This document shows, in pieces, positions 36,065-47,900 of a stretch of DNA of 64,000 nucleotides (positions within the stretch are counted from its first letter, which is position 1; each line of letters begins with the position of its first letter). The DNA comes from Williopsis jadinii (taxonomy: Eukaryota). The position numbers were made by a program, and so were the translations under genes. The notes beneath the pieces were generated by a model. That model was not told the DNA's origin, did no database searches, and saw only the letters and a list, made by a program, of their open reading frames with translations. The stretch is from NCBI GenBank assembly GCA_024346625.1, contig AP024664.1, positions 2,480,001 to 2,544,000 of the forward strand, written 5' to 3'.

Positions 36065-38596
36065 TCAGAGATCACTGGAAATAAGCTCAATTTCTCTTGT
36101 GAAGAAGTCACCACGCTTACTGGTGTATCCTAACTCCTTCATAGTATCACCATATCTCCTCGAATTAAAGAACTGCACCAACGCTCTGAGGGCAATCTCT
36201 TGTCCATAAGCGTCTGCAACTTCAGCATCAATATCTCTGCCAGAGAGCCAGTTGTCTTTTAAATCCAACTTACCATGTATATACACCATGGATATTAGAT
36301 CCATGTTATTAGCCTTCCATTTTTTACCATTGAAAGATGTAATCTGTTTGGAAATCTTCAGCACAGGTGACCAAAGAGACGGATTGGACAATGACAAGAT
36401 ATTCTTCAACGCAGGTGCAGGGTTCAGCTCGCTAATAGAGAGGATCCTTTGTGTTTTCTTTTGGCACACCATTGAAGTAATCTGTAGCAGATTGACCAAT
36501 GAACAACAGAAGTTTTTATCGATGGTTTCAACTGCTGGGTTGTCCACCCAGAGTGAATTTGTAGGCACATATGCGTCAATGAGGTTTATTCTATCCAATA
36601 ACCTCGTATCCATGGTGTTCAGGTACTGGATCACAACGGAGAGGAAGTTAAAGTCGTAGATCAGGCCACTAAGATATTCGAATTGTAAGATGTGGTTTGT
36701 CTTGAACCATCTCAGAAGTAAATGCAGAATGCTGGTTGCGTTTTTCAAGAGGATCTCCTTCGTTCTCAAGATATCGATATCTGAACCTCTAACCTCCTTG
36801 TCCAACAATAGGTTCATTGAGTTTTGAGAACTCACAACTAGTTGGATTATAACATGTACCATTGAGGCCAAGTGGCTTAATGAAGATTTGTAGAGTTGTT
36901 CAACTCTACTTAAAGAGTCCAATAGATCCTGATGTTGCGTGCTCTTCCATCTGGAGTAGTCAAAATCGACATTCTCATCAACCACAGGATCCACCCACCC
37001 TCTTTCCTTTTTTACAAAAATATCACGCTCAGCCCATAGTTGTTTGAGACTCAGTTTCTCTTGAACTCTAGAGGCGAACAATTCTGAAGCCTCCTTAATA
37101 CTATCGGGTACCATTTTCGTATCGTCCTCCACCGGATAGATGAACGGATAACTCTCATTTGTTCGAAATATTTTCTTACCCTTCAGGGATCGACTCAGAG
37201 GACTTGTTGGGGGTGAAGGAGATGGTGCAGGTGTCGCGATGTGGATCTGCTGTGAGAACGTATCAACGTTATTCGGATTTCTGGTTGGTTGAATAGGCCG
37301 TGGCATGGTGAGAAACTGGGAAAGTGAGGAGGGATTATCAACATTTGGAGCTGGATATTGAGCAGGTGGTATGTATCCAGGATAACGGGCGATAATTTCC
37401 TCTCTAAAGAGGTGGAAATCCACGGGAGATCCAGTCAATTTATTTGGATCGTCTTCCTTTTTGATGTTCAGTCTCTCGCATATAAACTCCTTGGCCTTTC
37501 TGCGCTTCTCAAACCCACCAATTTGGAATTGTAAAAGTTTTGACAATAAGGTGATGATGTTTCGTATCTTTAGACACGCCCTCGAATTCCATCTCCAATC
37601 GTCAGTGCATCGGATGAGAAATTTCAGCAACTCTTCCTCGTCAATAATCTTCTTCAAATCCTCGGATTCATCATCATCAACACTGTTGTTATCGAGATAC
37701 ACCAAGACAACAACGTAAAGCAAAGTACACGACATGAATATACGTTTCGATAACTTAACCAATCCTGTATCCGCTATCAATGCGAGTTTGAAAGTTGTCT
37801 TCAAGAGCGGTATAACCTTCTGAATGAGTTTAGACCTCACCAAGAACATCGTGTTGTGCCTGATAATATGGACTTGATCCTCAAAGGTGAACTTCATTTC
37901 TGATGGTGCACCAAAAGCGATATACACCAGGTTTGGCAGTGCCACGTCGCAACCCTCTGTGTTCAGTTCAGATATGAGCTGTTCCACCAGCGCCTCCTGA
38001 TCGTTTATCGGGAGCCTATTGAAGTCAATATTGGGGAACGCCTCTTGAAACCGCTGCGGGAGTGTCGAAAGTTCATCAACCTCCATTGCGGAGAACCAGT
38101 CGTCTAGTTCTCTTCTCATATCGATCACATCGTCCAGTTCATAGTCAACAACAGGCTTGGGAACTTCAGGGAAAGTCATTATACTGCTAGAATCGTGCGA
38201 TAAGAACTGGTTCGCCCTTTCCGAAAGCGAATGGCTGTAAGCTTCGTCAACCACGAGGTTATTATCGACAAGCCCTTCTTCCACAGCATGGTTAACAGCG
38301 TCCACCTCGTCTATGTTCAATTCTTCATCCTCTTCCTCGTCTTCACCATCACCGCTATTCGCCTTCTCCGCTTCCTCTTCATTAGCGCCGTTATCTTGTG
38401 CAGAGGCATTGCCGCTAAACCCAGCTTCATGGTGATGAGTCCCCAGCTGATCCAGCGAAAGGGACTCCATCGACTGGCTAAGGCTTCGATGTCTTAGCAA
38501 GGGTGATTTTTTGAATTCATTGGGCTGCATACCAACATCCACTATGTTCGCCTTCTCGAATAGCTCGGCCTCTTTGGATAACAGCCGTGGCGACAT
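36065..38596 (-). CDS. FAR11: STRIPAK/Far complex subunit (STRIP homologue)
   Basis: ELDDWF, IIARYPGYIPP, HIATPAPSP and EIALRALVQFFNSRRY; ATG at 38596. Confidence 0.93.
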   Translation of the reverse strand: MSPRLLSKEAELFEKANIVDVGMQPNEFKKSPLLRHRSLSQSMESLSLDQLGTHHHEAGFSGNASAQDNGANEEEAEKANSGDGEDEEEDEELNIDEVDAVNHAVEEGLVDNNLVVDEAYSHSLSERANQFLSHDSSSIMTFPEVPKPVVDYELDDVIDMRRELDDWFSAMEVDELSTLPQRFQEAFPNIDFNRLPINDQEALVEQLISELNTEGCDVALPNLVYIAFGAPSEMKFTFEDQVHIIRHNTMFLVRSKLIQKVIPLLKTTFKLALIADTGLVKLSKRIFMSCTLLYVVVLVYLDNNSVDDDESEDLKKIIDEEELLKFLIRCTDDWRWNSRACLKIRNIITLLSKLLQFQIGGFEKRRKAKEFICERLNIKKEDDPNKLTGSPVDFHLFREEIIARYPGYIPPAQYPAPNVDNPSSLSQFLTMPRPIQPTRNPNNVDTFSQQIHIATPAPSPSPPTSPLSRSLKGKKIFRTNESYPFIYPVEDDTKMVPDSIKEASELFASRVQEKLSLKQLWAERDIFVKKERGWVDPVVDENVDFDYSRWKSTQHQDLLDSLSRVEQLYKSSLSHLASMVHVIIQLVVSSQNSMNLLLDKEVRGSDIDILRTKEILLKNATSILHLLLRWFKTNHILQFEYLSGLIYDFNFLSVVIQYLNTMDTRLLDRINLIDAYVPTNSLWVDNPAVETIDKNFCCSLVNLLQITSMVCQKKTQRILSISELNPAPALKNILSLSNPSLWSPVLKISKQITSFNGKKWKANNMDLISMVYIHGKLDLKDNWLSGRDIDAEVADAYGQEIALRALVQFFNSRRYGDTMKELGYTSKRGDFFTREIELISSDL

Positions 38597-38898
38597 TCCC
38601 TTCTCCAACAGGCCTCTCCTTCTCTGGCTACTACCGATGTTGGGTGATTGTGTACTTGTTCTAGGCTCGATATATTTCTCGACAGAGCGCGCCCGCGCGC
38701 GCGCCTGGGCAGAGAGCGCACAGTGTCAGCTCCAGCGAACACTGTCTAAAGTTTACGAGGGAGGGAAAAACACAGCGGTGGGTATTTGTTTACCTTTGGA
38801 CTACCGAAGGGAGGGGGCGTTGAGCAAAGGAACAGAAACAGCACAACGAGTACTTCAGCGTGCTCATAAGGAGGATTTGGTTGCCACAGCTTATACAG

Positions 38899-39538
38899 AT
38901 GGACGCTCTGAAGAACGTAAAGATCCTTGTTGGAATCACGTGGGTATTGATGATTGTTTTATGATGTTTTCGTTGAACTCGTCCACTAACACATCAACGA
39001 GATTAGTGTGAAAGTAACCAACCCGTTGGGCGAGGACTTTATAGGAACTGTGTATTCGTACACTACACAACCAGGTGTCTTGGTGCTCCAAGTGCCAACG
39101 CTTTCGATTAGCGGGAATTCATATAACTACAGAGTGTTTAGAACAAACCAGATCAAAGAACTCACTGTGCTTTCTAAAACGGTTGATGAATCCTCAGTGG
39201 CCCAGATCCATCCAGTTGACCCGAACAAGCTAGCAAAGATTGTGCAGAGGAACCACGATAGCTACAATCTGATTAAAAAGACACAAAACAGTGAAGTTAG
39301 CAAAGAGGCACAAACCATCTTCAACGCTGTTTATAAGACGATGCCTAACGTTAGATGGGAGGGTAACTCGATTGTGATATTGGATGAGGTTAAAGTGGAT
39401 CCACCGTACCTGGTTGCTAACGTGAAGAGAATTCATGAGAGCTCTGACAACGACGATGACGAAGGTGCTGCAAGTTTAGTTAAGAAAATCATCGATGGTG
39501 TATGGCTCAAGCTGGAAGGTGAGAGAAAAGGTGGCTAA
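38899..39538 (+). CDS. LSM12: Lsm12, 2 exons (38899-38939, 39007-39538)
   Basis: 67-nt intron GTGGGT..CACTAAC..TAG gives MDALKNVKILVGITVKVTN; ends RKGG. Confidence 0.9.
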
Positions 39539-40551
39539 TCAGCGACCCAGCACAACTCCAAAGTGTCGAACAATTGGAATCCCTTCTTCGTCGTTCCCTT
39601 GAACCCATCCATATCATCCCATCGGCACTGTGTAACCATTGGCACGCCTTTCTGAAATTTCCCACAAAGTTCTATGGCCTCCCAATACATGTTCAAACAC
39701 ATATAAGCCCACGAGCTAGATACACTACCATGTAAATACGACCTTGCAATGGCAATCTTCAAGTCGGCTGGAAATGGCTTGGATATGCCATTCACCAACA
39801 AGTTCTTCTCCTCTGGTTGGAAGGTTTTGAAACTAACCATGGTGGCTGTTTCGTCTTTGCACGTTAAACCTGATATGACAAGTTCCACTTGTAAATCTTG
39901 TGCATCAAACCGAGCATGGATCAATCTAATCTTTGTCAAACGTATTGTGATCTTCCTCTCTGTATATGGAATCCTCTTGGAAAGGTCCAAGTACTCTGCA
40001 TACCGTCTTTGACAACTTATAGATAGCCCTGACCCAAACCCTGAACGCATCCTCCTCTCTGTAAACAACGCATCTGCAACCTCCATCGGATACCCAAACT
40101 TCATCATCAATACGCCAATGGCTATCAATCCCGAACGACCCTTACCGTGCTTACAATGGATCACCGCAACGTTCAAAGGATCGTCGTATAGGAACTCCCC
40201 AATAGCGCCAATGATCGAAACCAACTTTGCGAAATCTGGAGGTTGGTGGTCCGGCCATGGCTCATAGCACATTTTATCCCTTAAGGAAATATCACCAACG
40301 TCATAGTCACCTCTCCACTCTTCCCTCAAGTTCCAAATCCTCCAATGGTCCCCATGTTTGTTCTCCAAGAATCGCAAGAGGTCGTAGAGTGAGTTCCTGT
40401 ACACCATTTTATGCGTTTTCGTGGTAGGACAGGCACACACAATGATACGATCGGTTATGTAAGAAAGGTCGAGTGATACATCGTCACTCTGATGCTGGCT
40501 CGTATAGATCGCAACAGACTTCTTTAACCAATGGAGCATCTTTACATACAT
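39535..40551 (-). CDS. TEP1: PTEN-like phosphatase
   Basis: LDLSYITDRII, WPDHQPP and HCKHGKGRSG; ATG at 40551 or 40539. Confidence 0.92.
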   Translation of the reverse strand: MYVKMLHWLKKSVAIYTSQHQSDDVSLDLSYITDRIIVCACPTTKTHKMVYRNSLYDLLRFLENKHGDHWRIWNLREEWRGDYDVGDISLRDKMCYEPWPDHQPPDFAKLVSIIGAIGEFLYDDPLNVAVIHCKHGKGRSGLIAIGVLMMKFGYPMEVADALFTERRMRSGFGSGLSISCQRRYAEYLDLSKRIPYTERKITIRLTKIRLIHARFDAQDLQVELVISGLTCKDETATMVSFKTFQPEEKNLLVNGISKPFPADLKIAIARSYLHGSVSSSWAYMCLNMYWEAIELCGKFQKGVPMVTQCRWDDMDGFKGTTKKGFQLFDTLELCWVAD

Positions 40552-41064
40552 CTCTACAATACGTGTAACTTCAACAAGTGAAGGAGTCAAAATGGCAAGT
40601 TAGAACAATTGCCCAGTATCCCTTTCAACAAGCCAAGGATGTGCTCATACTCAAAGATCCCAACATCACCACATGTCTGGGTGGGGGTTGCTGGGGTTTC
40701 CCTTGCTGAGCTTGGATTTAGTGAGCGGTTATCACTTTGACACAAAAACGTTGGGTGTGTCGCTTGGCTGGGGTTTTGGAACCGGGGCAACAACAGAAAT
40801 AACAACAAGAAAAACCATTCAGTTGGCCTGTTACGTAATCAAGTGACGTAATGAGCTTACATAATATTGTGATATCCGATTACATAAGCTAGTTTTTTTT
40901 TTCACCGCTTTTTTTCTCCCCGTTTTTCTTCGAGCTTTTACCGCCCACCGCAAAACGTCCGTTTGTGGTTTTCTCTTTGAAAAGTTTCAAAACTCTTAAC
41001 GCCTCTCGTAGTTAAAGAGACATTTCAACAACCAAAACACACACATATAGACACAGCAACAGAG

Positions 41065-41511
41065 ATGGTTAAACTCACACAAGTTGAAGACGAATTAGAG
41101 ATCAGAGTCCAAGACGAAACTCTTGGAGAAGGTCCAATCGTCGAGTCCGAGAAGGAAGAAGAATACGAGGAGGAGGATGACGAAGACGAGGATGACTTTG
41201 ACGAGGATGAAACCATCTACGAGAGAATCGTTGCCTTGAAGGATATCGTTCCACCACAACAGAGAGACCAAGTTTCCGGCTTGGTGTCTGGTGTCTACAG
41301 CACTGTTTACTCCGCCGTGTCAAAAGCCGGTAACATCACTTGGGTGTTGACAACTTCTGCATTGCTCTTGGGTGTTCCTTTGTCATTGTCCATTCTCGCT
41401 GAACAGCAACTCATGGAGTTGGAGAAGGAGTTCAAGCTTCAACAAGGCGCCAACGACATCTTGGCCTCTGGTGACCAACCAGCTGCTGCTGCTGCGCCAG
41501 CTACTGCTTAA
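41065..41511 (+). CDS. TOM22: Mitochondrial import receptor
   Basis: MVKLTQV, acidic tract, ETIYERIVALKDI and TSALLLGVPL. Confidence 0.96.
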   Translation: MVKLTQVEDELEIRVQDETLGEGPIVESEKEEEYEEEDDEDEDDFDEDETIYERIVALKDIVPPQQRDQVSGLVSGVYSTVYSAVSKAGNITWVLTTSALLLGVPLSLSILAEQQLMELEKEFKLQQGANDILASGDQPAAAAAPATA

Positions 41512-41699
41512 GCGCCATCCATTACGTTCTTGTTTCCTCGTTTTCGTTTTGGCATGCCATGTGTCAATTCATTACTGTATATACATGATTTACTCCTTAA
41601 CAAGTTTCTTGTTGACTATGTTTTGTCTCTCGTTGTATATTCCAGTTATGGGATGTATATGTAGTAAAGTTAATGACGTGTATGGCTCTATCACCTCAG

Positions 41700-42996
41700 T
41701 TACTCCTTCTTTGGATATTTAATACTGAGTGCGTAAATGTCTAAATATATTGTAATTTCATAGATGATCTCTGTGATGAACATGGCGTGGAACCCAAGAC
41801 TCAACCCGAATCCGGTCCAAACAAGGTATCCGGTCAACAGAGGATCGGTGTATCCCAGCTTGGTCAAAAGCAAGTGGATCAAAAACTCCGCCAATGGTAT
41901 GAAGGAAGATGGAGTTGAGTTTGGGAATGGCTGCTTAGTCAAATGACCAATGATAATTCGACCAACGTTGAAAGCAAGGGTAAGCCCAATGGTCAGAACA
42001 AATGGTAACAAGTACTGATCCACTATAATTGGGTTGTACAACAACCATGCGAAAACAGAAAGATAGTAGACAAAGAAAGGGATCAGTCCCTTATAAGCCT
42101 TGAGAGAAAGCTTGGAGTCGGCATAGTATTTATCAACGTTTCTTCTTGCACTGTCAATGTTGAAATACAAACTCACAGCGCTAAAGACGACAAAGCATAG
42201 CATTGGTGTCACGGCGATCGAATCATCAAATCCAACTGAGGACAGGTTCAATTGAGCGAACTCGTACTTCCAAATCCCTGGTCCTGTGATACCGGTAATG
42301 ATGAAGATTGCAATGACAATCAAAATACCTTCAACAGGGCCCGAAAACTCTGAGAGGAACAACTTGTGCGTGTGGAACTCTTCCCATGTACTCAAGTAGA
42401 AGTTTGCCAGGGTTCCGAATTGAGCAATGACAAGCAACCAAGAGTACCCCATGCCAATTGCTGATGCCACAACGATGGTTGACAACGTTGTGTTGACTGC
42501 ATCTACACAGTGGTCAAACAGTTCACCTAATGGTCCACTTTGACCAGTACGACGGGCGTGGATACCATCACAAGCATCGAAAGTTTGGTATAAGAAGAGA
42601 CCCAGCGCATAAGAGAAGTAAGTCCACGTAGGCTGCTCGCCTACTAAGAACGGGTCGTAATAAAACACAGTTGCCAAATTGACCAGAATAAACACCAACC
42701 CTAGTAAAGTCACAACATTGGGACTGGAATCCTTGTTAGTAAGAAAAACCCTCTATTGATGGGCAAAAACAGAGCCACTTACGCCATCCATATTGGGAAA
42801 ATAGGCTCGAATTTAATCCAGAATGGCTTGAGGATGTACTTGGATATGATTGAGCGGTCCTCGCTTTGATACCTTCAGAGGTTCATATATTAGTCTGTCT
42901 GTTGTTCAAGCAATTACATAGTGGGAAAAAAAAGATGGTTCCATACTTGTACTCCTTCAAATGAGGAAGAGATTCATAAGGTAGGAAGTAACCCAT
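41700..42996 (-). CDS. EPT1: Choline/ethanolamine phosphotransferase (Cpt1/Ept1), 3 exons (42996-42947, 42872-42783, 42723-41700)
   Basis: CDP-alcohol motif DACDGIHARRTGQSGPLGELFDHCVD. Introns of 74 and 59 nt restore YKYQSEDRS...WMAPNVVT. Confidence 0.92.
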
Positions 42997-43252
42997 TGTG
43001 TATACTCTCTCAGCTGACGCCGTTCCTGTTCTTCTATAATGATCAAGCTCGTTATCGTATTATATGGTAAAAGAACAGTTGGGAAGAATGTTTGTTCGTG
43101 CCTATGAATTTTTGTGCGATGCCCTCCCCCCCCCCCGTGGGCGTTCAACTCTTCATTTTTGGCTGGGGGGGGGGGTTCTGTTGAGTTTTTTCACAGCACA
43201 GCAAGCAAGCAATCTACGGATAACATGGAATGATGGTCAAAATGTAGATGAT

Positions 43253-43840
43253 TCATTTACAAGTTGCCAGCATCTTTGAGATCACGTTCAGCAGCTGGTC
43301 GTTCTCACAAGCAGCGGCGACCCTTTCTTTGTCGTTCAGCTGCTTATTTACTTGGTTCTCACTCTGATGGCTTCCCTCCTTCAGCAGTATGGTGATTCTG
43401 AACCTCACAGGAAGGCACCTGTCCAGTCTCACTCTAATCCCCAGGCCTATAAGCGTAGCCAGCGAACAGTGGGTTATGGTTGGCGTGATTTTGATGATTA
43501 CTTCGCCCATCTCATCTCTGTTGCCAGAGTCAATCACTTTGATATCACTGAGGTTGACAACCGCCAGCTGCCCAAGCGTCAACGGATGCTCAGGATCGGA
43601 GATGTGCGCTATCAGGTCAAAGATCTCCTGCGGGTCAATAGGGTCCTCCTGCTCTTCAGAATCCGACAGTAGGCTGGGAGCCTGTGATTGGACGTCTGAA
43701 TCGACTCCATGGTCAATGGCGAGAGATAACAACTCCTGGACCTGTGAGTCCAAGGCTTTCTCCTGCTTGTGATCCTCGCCACGAGTCGGAAGGGCGTTAA
43801 CGTCCAGCACCGTAGGGTTAGCATTAATAGGCTCAGACAT
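43253..43840 (-). CDS. CIA2: Cytosolic Fe-S assembly factor (FAM96/MIP18)
   Basis: ISDPEHPLTLGQL, PTITHCSLATLIGL and NKQLNDKERVAAA. Confidence 0.95.
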   Translation of the reverse strand: MSEPINANPTVLDVNALPTRGEDHKQEKALDSQVQELLSLAIDHGVDSDVQSQAPSLLSDSEEQEDPIDPQEIFDLIAHISDPEHPLTLGQLAVVNLSDIKVIDSGNRDEMGEVIIKITPTITHCSLATLIGLGIRVRLDRCLPVRFRITILLKEGSHQSENQVNKQLNDKERVAAACENDQLLNVISKMLATCK

Positions 43841-44046
43841 CTTCCTAAGTATCAGCCAGTTGTTTTGTTATTAATACGAAGATGTTGATGTTGATGGGCT
43901 CAGTAAGATCGTGCGCTCTCTGCCTAGCTTTTTGTGTAATTTTCCTTTGACTGGGCAGCGTTTCTGCTCGCCGTAACTTTCCCACGGGATTTTCTCTTCA
44001 TTCAAGATACCAAACATAGACAAGAAGGCCCAACATTAAAGCGATA

Positions 44047-44881
44047 ATGGCTCCAATATTACTTGCTGTTGGAGGTGCTTCTTCAAGCGGGAAGACTGTA
44101 TGTACTGCTGAGTACTTTGAAATGATCTATACTAACTGTTCCACGTCCAGACAATCGCAAAGCTGTTGAGCATAGCCGTGGAGAACTCTTATCTTCTACA
44201 CCAAGATGACTTCTTTAAAGTGAGTATCCTGATAGACGATGTCGATGACATGCCGCTAATACGACTAATATGTTCCAGAGAGATGAAGATATCCCGGTAG
44301 ATCCAGAAACTGGGATGGATAATTGGGATTGTGTAGAGGCTTTGAACTTTGATGCGTTTGTCCACGAGATAAAGCACCTGAAAGCCACGGGAGAACTCTC
44401 TCCTCAGAGTGCCACTTCAATGTATAAGAGTGAGACGGACGATCAAGCACATCCCCAGGTTTCAAATGAGCTATTAAAGGGGTTATCGCTGAAGTTGAAT
44501 CAACTGTTACATGGAAGGAAACTGATCATAGTGGATGGGTTCATGCTGTTCCATGACCCTTCTGTCATTGAACTCTTTGATCTAAGGATCTTTGTCAAGT
44601 GTCCACGCGACACATTACAGCAAAGAAGAGCACTTAGGAGCTACAACACAGTGGAGACTACATGGACAGACCCTCCAGGTTATTTTGAGAAGGTTGTGTA
44701 CCCTGCGTATGCCAAATCTCATTCTTACTTGTTTATCAACGGCGATGTCGAATCGCACATAGACCCATCAATGCAGAAGAGATTCAGCATACTATCCGTT
44801 GAGAACGATAAAGATACACATATCAATGATGTATTGGAAGACGTGGGTGAATGGTTAGTTGAACAACTACAAGAGACATAG
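44047..44881 (+). CDS. NRK1: Nicotinamide riboside kinase, 3 exons (44047-44097, 44151-44219, 44279-44881)
   Basis: Introns of 53 nt (GTATGT..TACTAAC..CAG) and 59 nt (GTGAGT..GACTAAT..CAG) restore GGASSSGKTT, HQDDFFK and WTDPPGYF. Confidence 0.93.
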
Positions 44882-44919
44882 TTTCCCACCATAGACTATT
44901 ACTATATAGATTTTACAAG

Positions 44920-47900
44920 TCAGCGTTTTTTATGATCTTTCTTGGCTTTCTTCACAAGCTTCATCTCCTCCTGGTAAATACTCTCAGCAGTATCTTCACC
45001 TTTTCTCTTATTCTTCTTGTTCTTCAAGGCAACAACTTTACCGGTTTTGGCAGCCTTTGCAAGGTCGTCGTTGTTCAGTTCAAGATCGTCATCGTCAATG
45101 TTATACTTGGACAAGTTCAAAGAATTGATCAACTCCTTCTGTTTCTCCTTCAAGGCCTTAACAGCCTCTTGGCCTTCATCGTTCAGTTCATCTTCGAGGT
45201 CTTCCTCGATTGCAGCAAATTGAGATTGCTCCTCACCATCCATCTCCGCAACAGCCTGGTCCTTTAACTCAGGCATGGTTTCCTCGATTGCTTGGTTCAA
45301 GAGCTCCCTGAAGTGGTTGGAGATCTTTCTGATAATCTTAGAAAACATTGCAATGGCTTGGTTAGATGCAATGTCAAGCTCTTTGTAAATATCATCGATA
45401 CTCTTGTGTTGCAAACCAATGGCCAACAAAATGGCCTGTTGAATAGCAGTCAGCTTAACTTCTTTCATCTTTCCAGAGAAGTAGATGAGAGCGATAGGTG
45501 GCAGAAGATCCACAATGACATGGTAATCCAAAAGATTGTTAGCATAAGACTCAAGTCTCTTCAAGTCGAACGGGGAGAAGATGTCATCGAGTTGTGACTT
45601 GGTAAGTTGTTTGGATTCACCGTGGTCAACGGATTTAGTGCTCTCCATGATGTTCAACGCCTTAGATGCAGTGAACTTCTTGAAATCATACGAGAGCAAA
45701 TGTAAAAATCTCTTGTGGAAATCTCTGGCAAACTCTTCGAGCCACTTCTTCTCTCTGTTCTCCAAAACTTCAATCATAACACATGTATGCTCTCCGGTTA
45801 AATCATTGGCAGTCTGACGAAGATAAACTGGCGTGTAACCGTTTCTCTTCCAGAATTTGTGAAGACTGTCAGTTAATCCGTAGGAGACACCCAAATAGTG
45901 CAAATAGTGTGGTGGCTTCTCAGAGAGCTTCAGTAAAAGTGGAGGGAGGGTCTTTGCATCTCTAAGCTTAACATCATCCTTCAACAAGTTTGTATTCTCC
46001 AGCTCCTCGTCAGAGACCCTCTTAACAGAAAAGTCTCTTGGCTTGGTGTTTTCTGAGATGTCGGTGAATTTTCCCTCATAGTAATCTCTCAAGAGTTCAA
46101 GGGCTCTAGAACCATACCCCATCTTTGAGTAGTTTGGATTCGTTGCTATTCTAACAACTCTGGCACCACTCAGACTGGCAAACTCTTCATCCTGGAACTG
46201 TTGTGAGATCAACCATGGAATCAAATCACCACCGGCTCTGTGGCCACGGCTTAAACTCTTACGAACACTGTCTTTGGAGATTTCACCTTCAAGAGCAACT
46301 TGAATCACACAGAGAGGATCCGGAATCTTGCCTTCGTTGTCATTAACAGGAGGAAGAAGAACAAATAGTTCATGGGCTGGTGCATCACTCATCAATTGTA
46401 AATCGTTTGGAGAATTCTTATAATGAGAAGCCACGTAAAGTGCCATCATTTTGGATAAGAAGTTTTCAGAGACTGGATGGTAGGAGAAAAGAGTATCCCT
46501 ATTAACAACAAATAGATTACAAGCTGAAGGACTTGGAGTAGCACCATATCTGTGCTTGGAAAGAGAAACGTCCAAACAAAGAAGCTTGTTCAACCATTTC
46601 TCAACAGCATCACCAGGTGCATATCTGATTGGTTCATCTAGAGTCACTTCACGTAACGTGCGACCAATAACTTCTGCGTCGTTTGTCTTGTTGTCTCTAG
46701 ACACAACAGCAGTGTCATCGTTTCTACCGTTGGAAGCGGATTGCTCTCTAAGTTGTTGAATCAACTTCAAAGATAGGGATCTACCAGTACCTTCATAACC
46801 GTTGATAGTGGATGCCATGAAGACAAGGTATGGACCCAGAAGCTTCTTAACAATAGGCAATGGGATGGCAGCAGCTTCATCGATAATCAACAACTCAGCT
46901 TGACCAAGAACGTGTGAGTCAGAAGGAGAGATATACTGGATTGTCTGTCTGTGATCTCTCTTGATATCAACTCTAACGATAGCCTTGTTAAAGGCAGGGT
47001 TTGTAGATTGAATGATATCATAATCCAAGTGCTCTTGGTATCCCAAGGCGTCGAATCCTCTAAAGATGAACTCAAACAAAGTCTTCAAGTTTTCAGGAGA
47101 TGGAGATGTGACAAATATATTAGAGTAACCATGAGCCACTGCTGCTGCTATGGATATACCCAGAGCAGCGGACTTACCACGACCTCTACCAGCAGTAAGA
47201 GCAACTGTGGATTTCAAAGTCTTTTCAGAAATGGCATCGATGAATGTAAGAATGGCCTGCGCTTGGTTTGTAGTCTTTGCCAAAGATACCAATGATCCGG
47301 CAGGCTGGACATCCTCCAACGATTCCTTCAGCTCTTTTAGCTCCAAAGCCTTTGGAGAAAGCTCGTCGTCGTCCTTTGGCGGAAGGGCTTTGACGTTCTT
47401 ACCACCGGACAATGGTAAAACGTTCAGTTCATCATCAACAACCAGACAGTTCTCACAGCCACCAAGCGAGAGGATAAATCTTTCGTTAAAGCGAGCAACA
47501 ACGTCGTTGTGTGCTTCCGTTCTATAACGAGAGTGGATATCCATGGACATTGTGTAAAGCTGTTTCAGAGAAGACATGGACTTGAGCAAGAGCACAACTA
47601 TACCACCACCTTCAACAGTCTCAATGGTTCTAGCCAAAAGGTTTGGTGTCAATGCCTCGAAATCCTGAAGAATACACATACCATAAGTGTTACCCAAGAT
47701 CTTCTCCGTCTCTTTGTAGTAGACATATCTAATCTGCTGGTTTGCAATGAAGGCCTCAAATGGGTCCTGTTCATTAGCCTCACGGATACCTCTCTTGATC
47801 TCCTTCTTGATCTTTGCCTCTCTCTTCTTTCTGTGGGATGTGAAACCAAGCAATTTGTTCTTATAAGCCCACAAGACGGATTTGTTCATCTTCAAATCCG

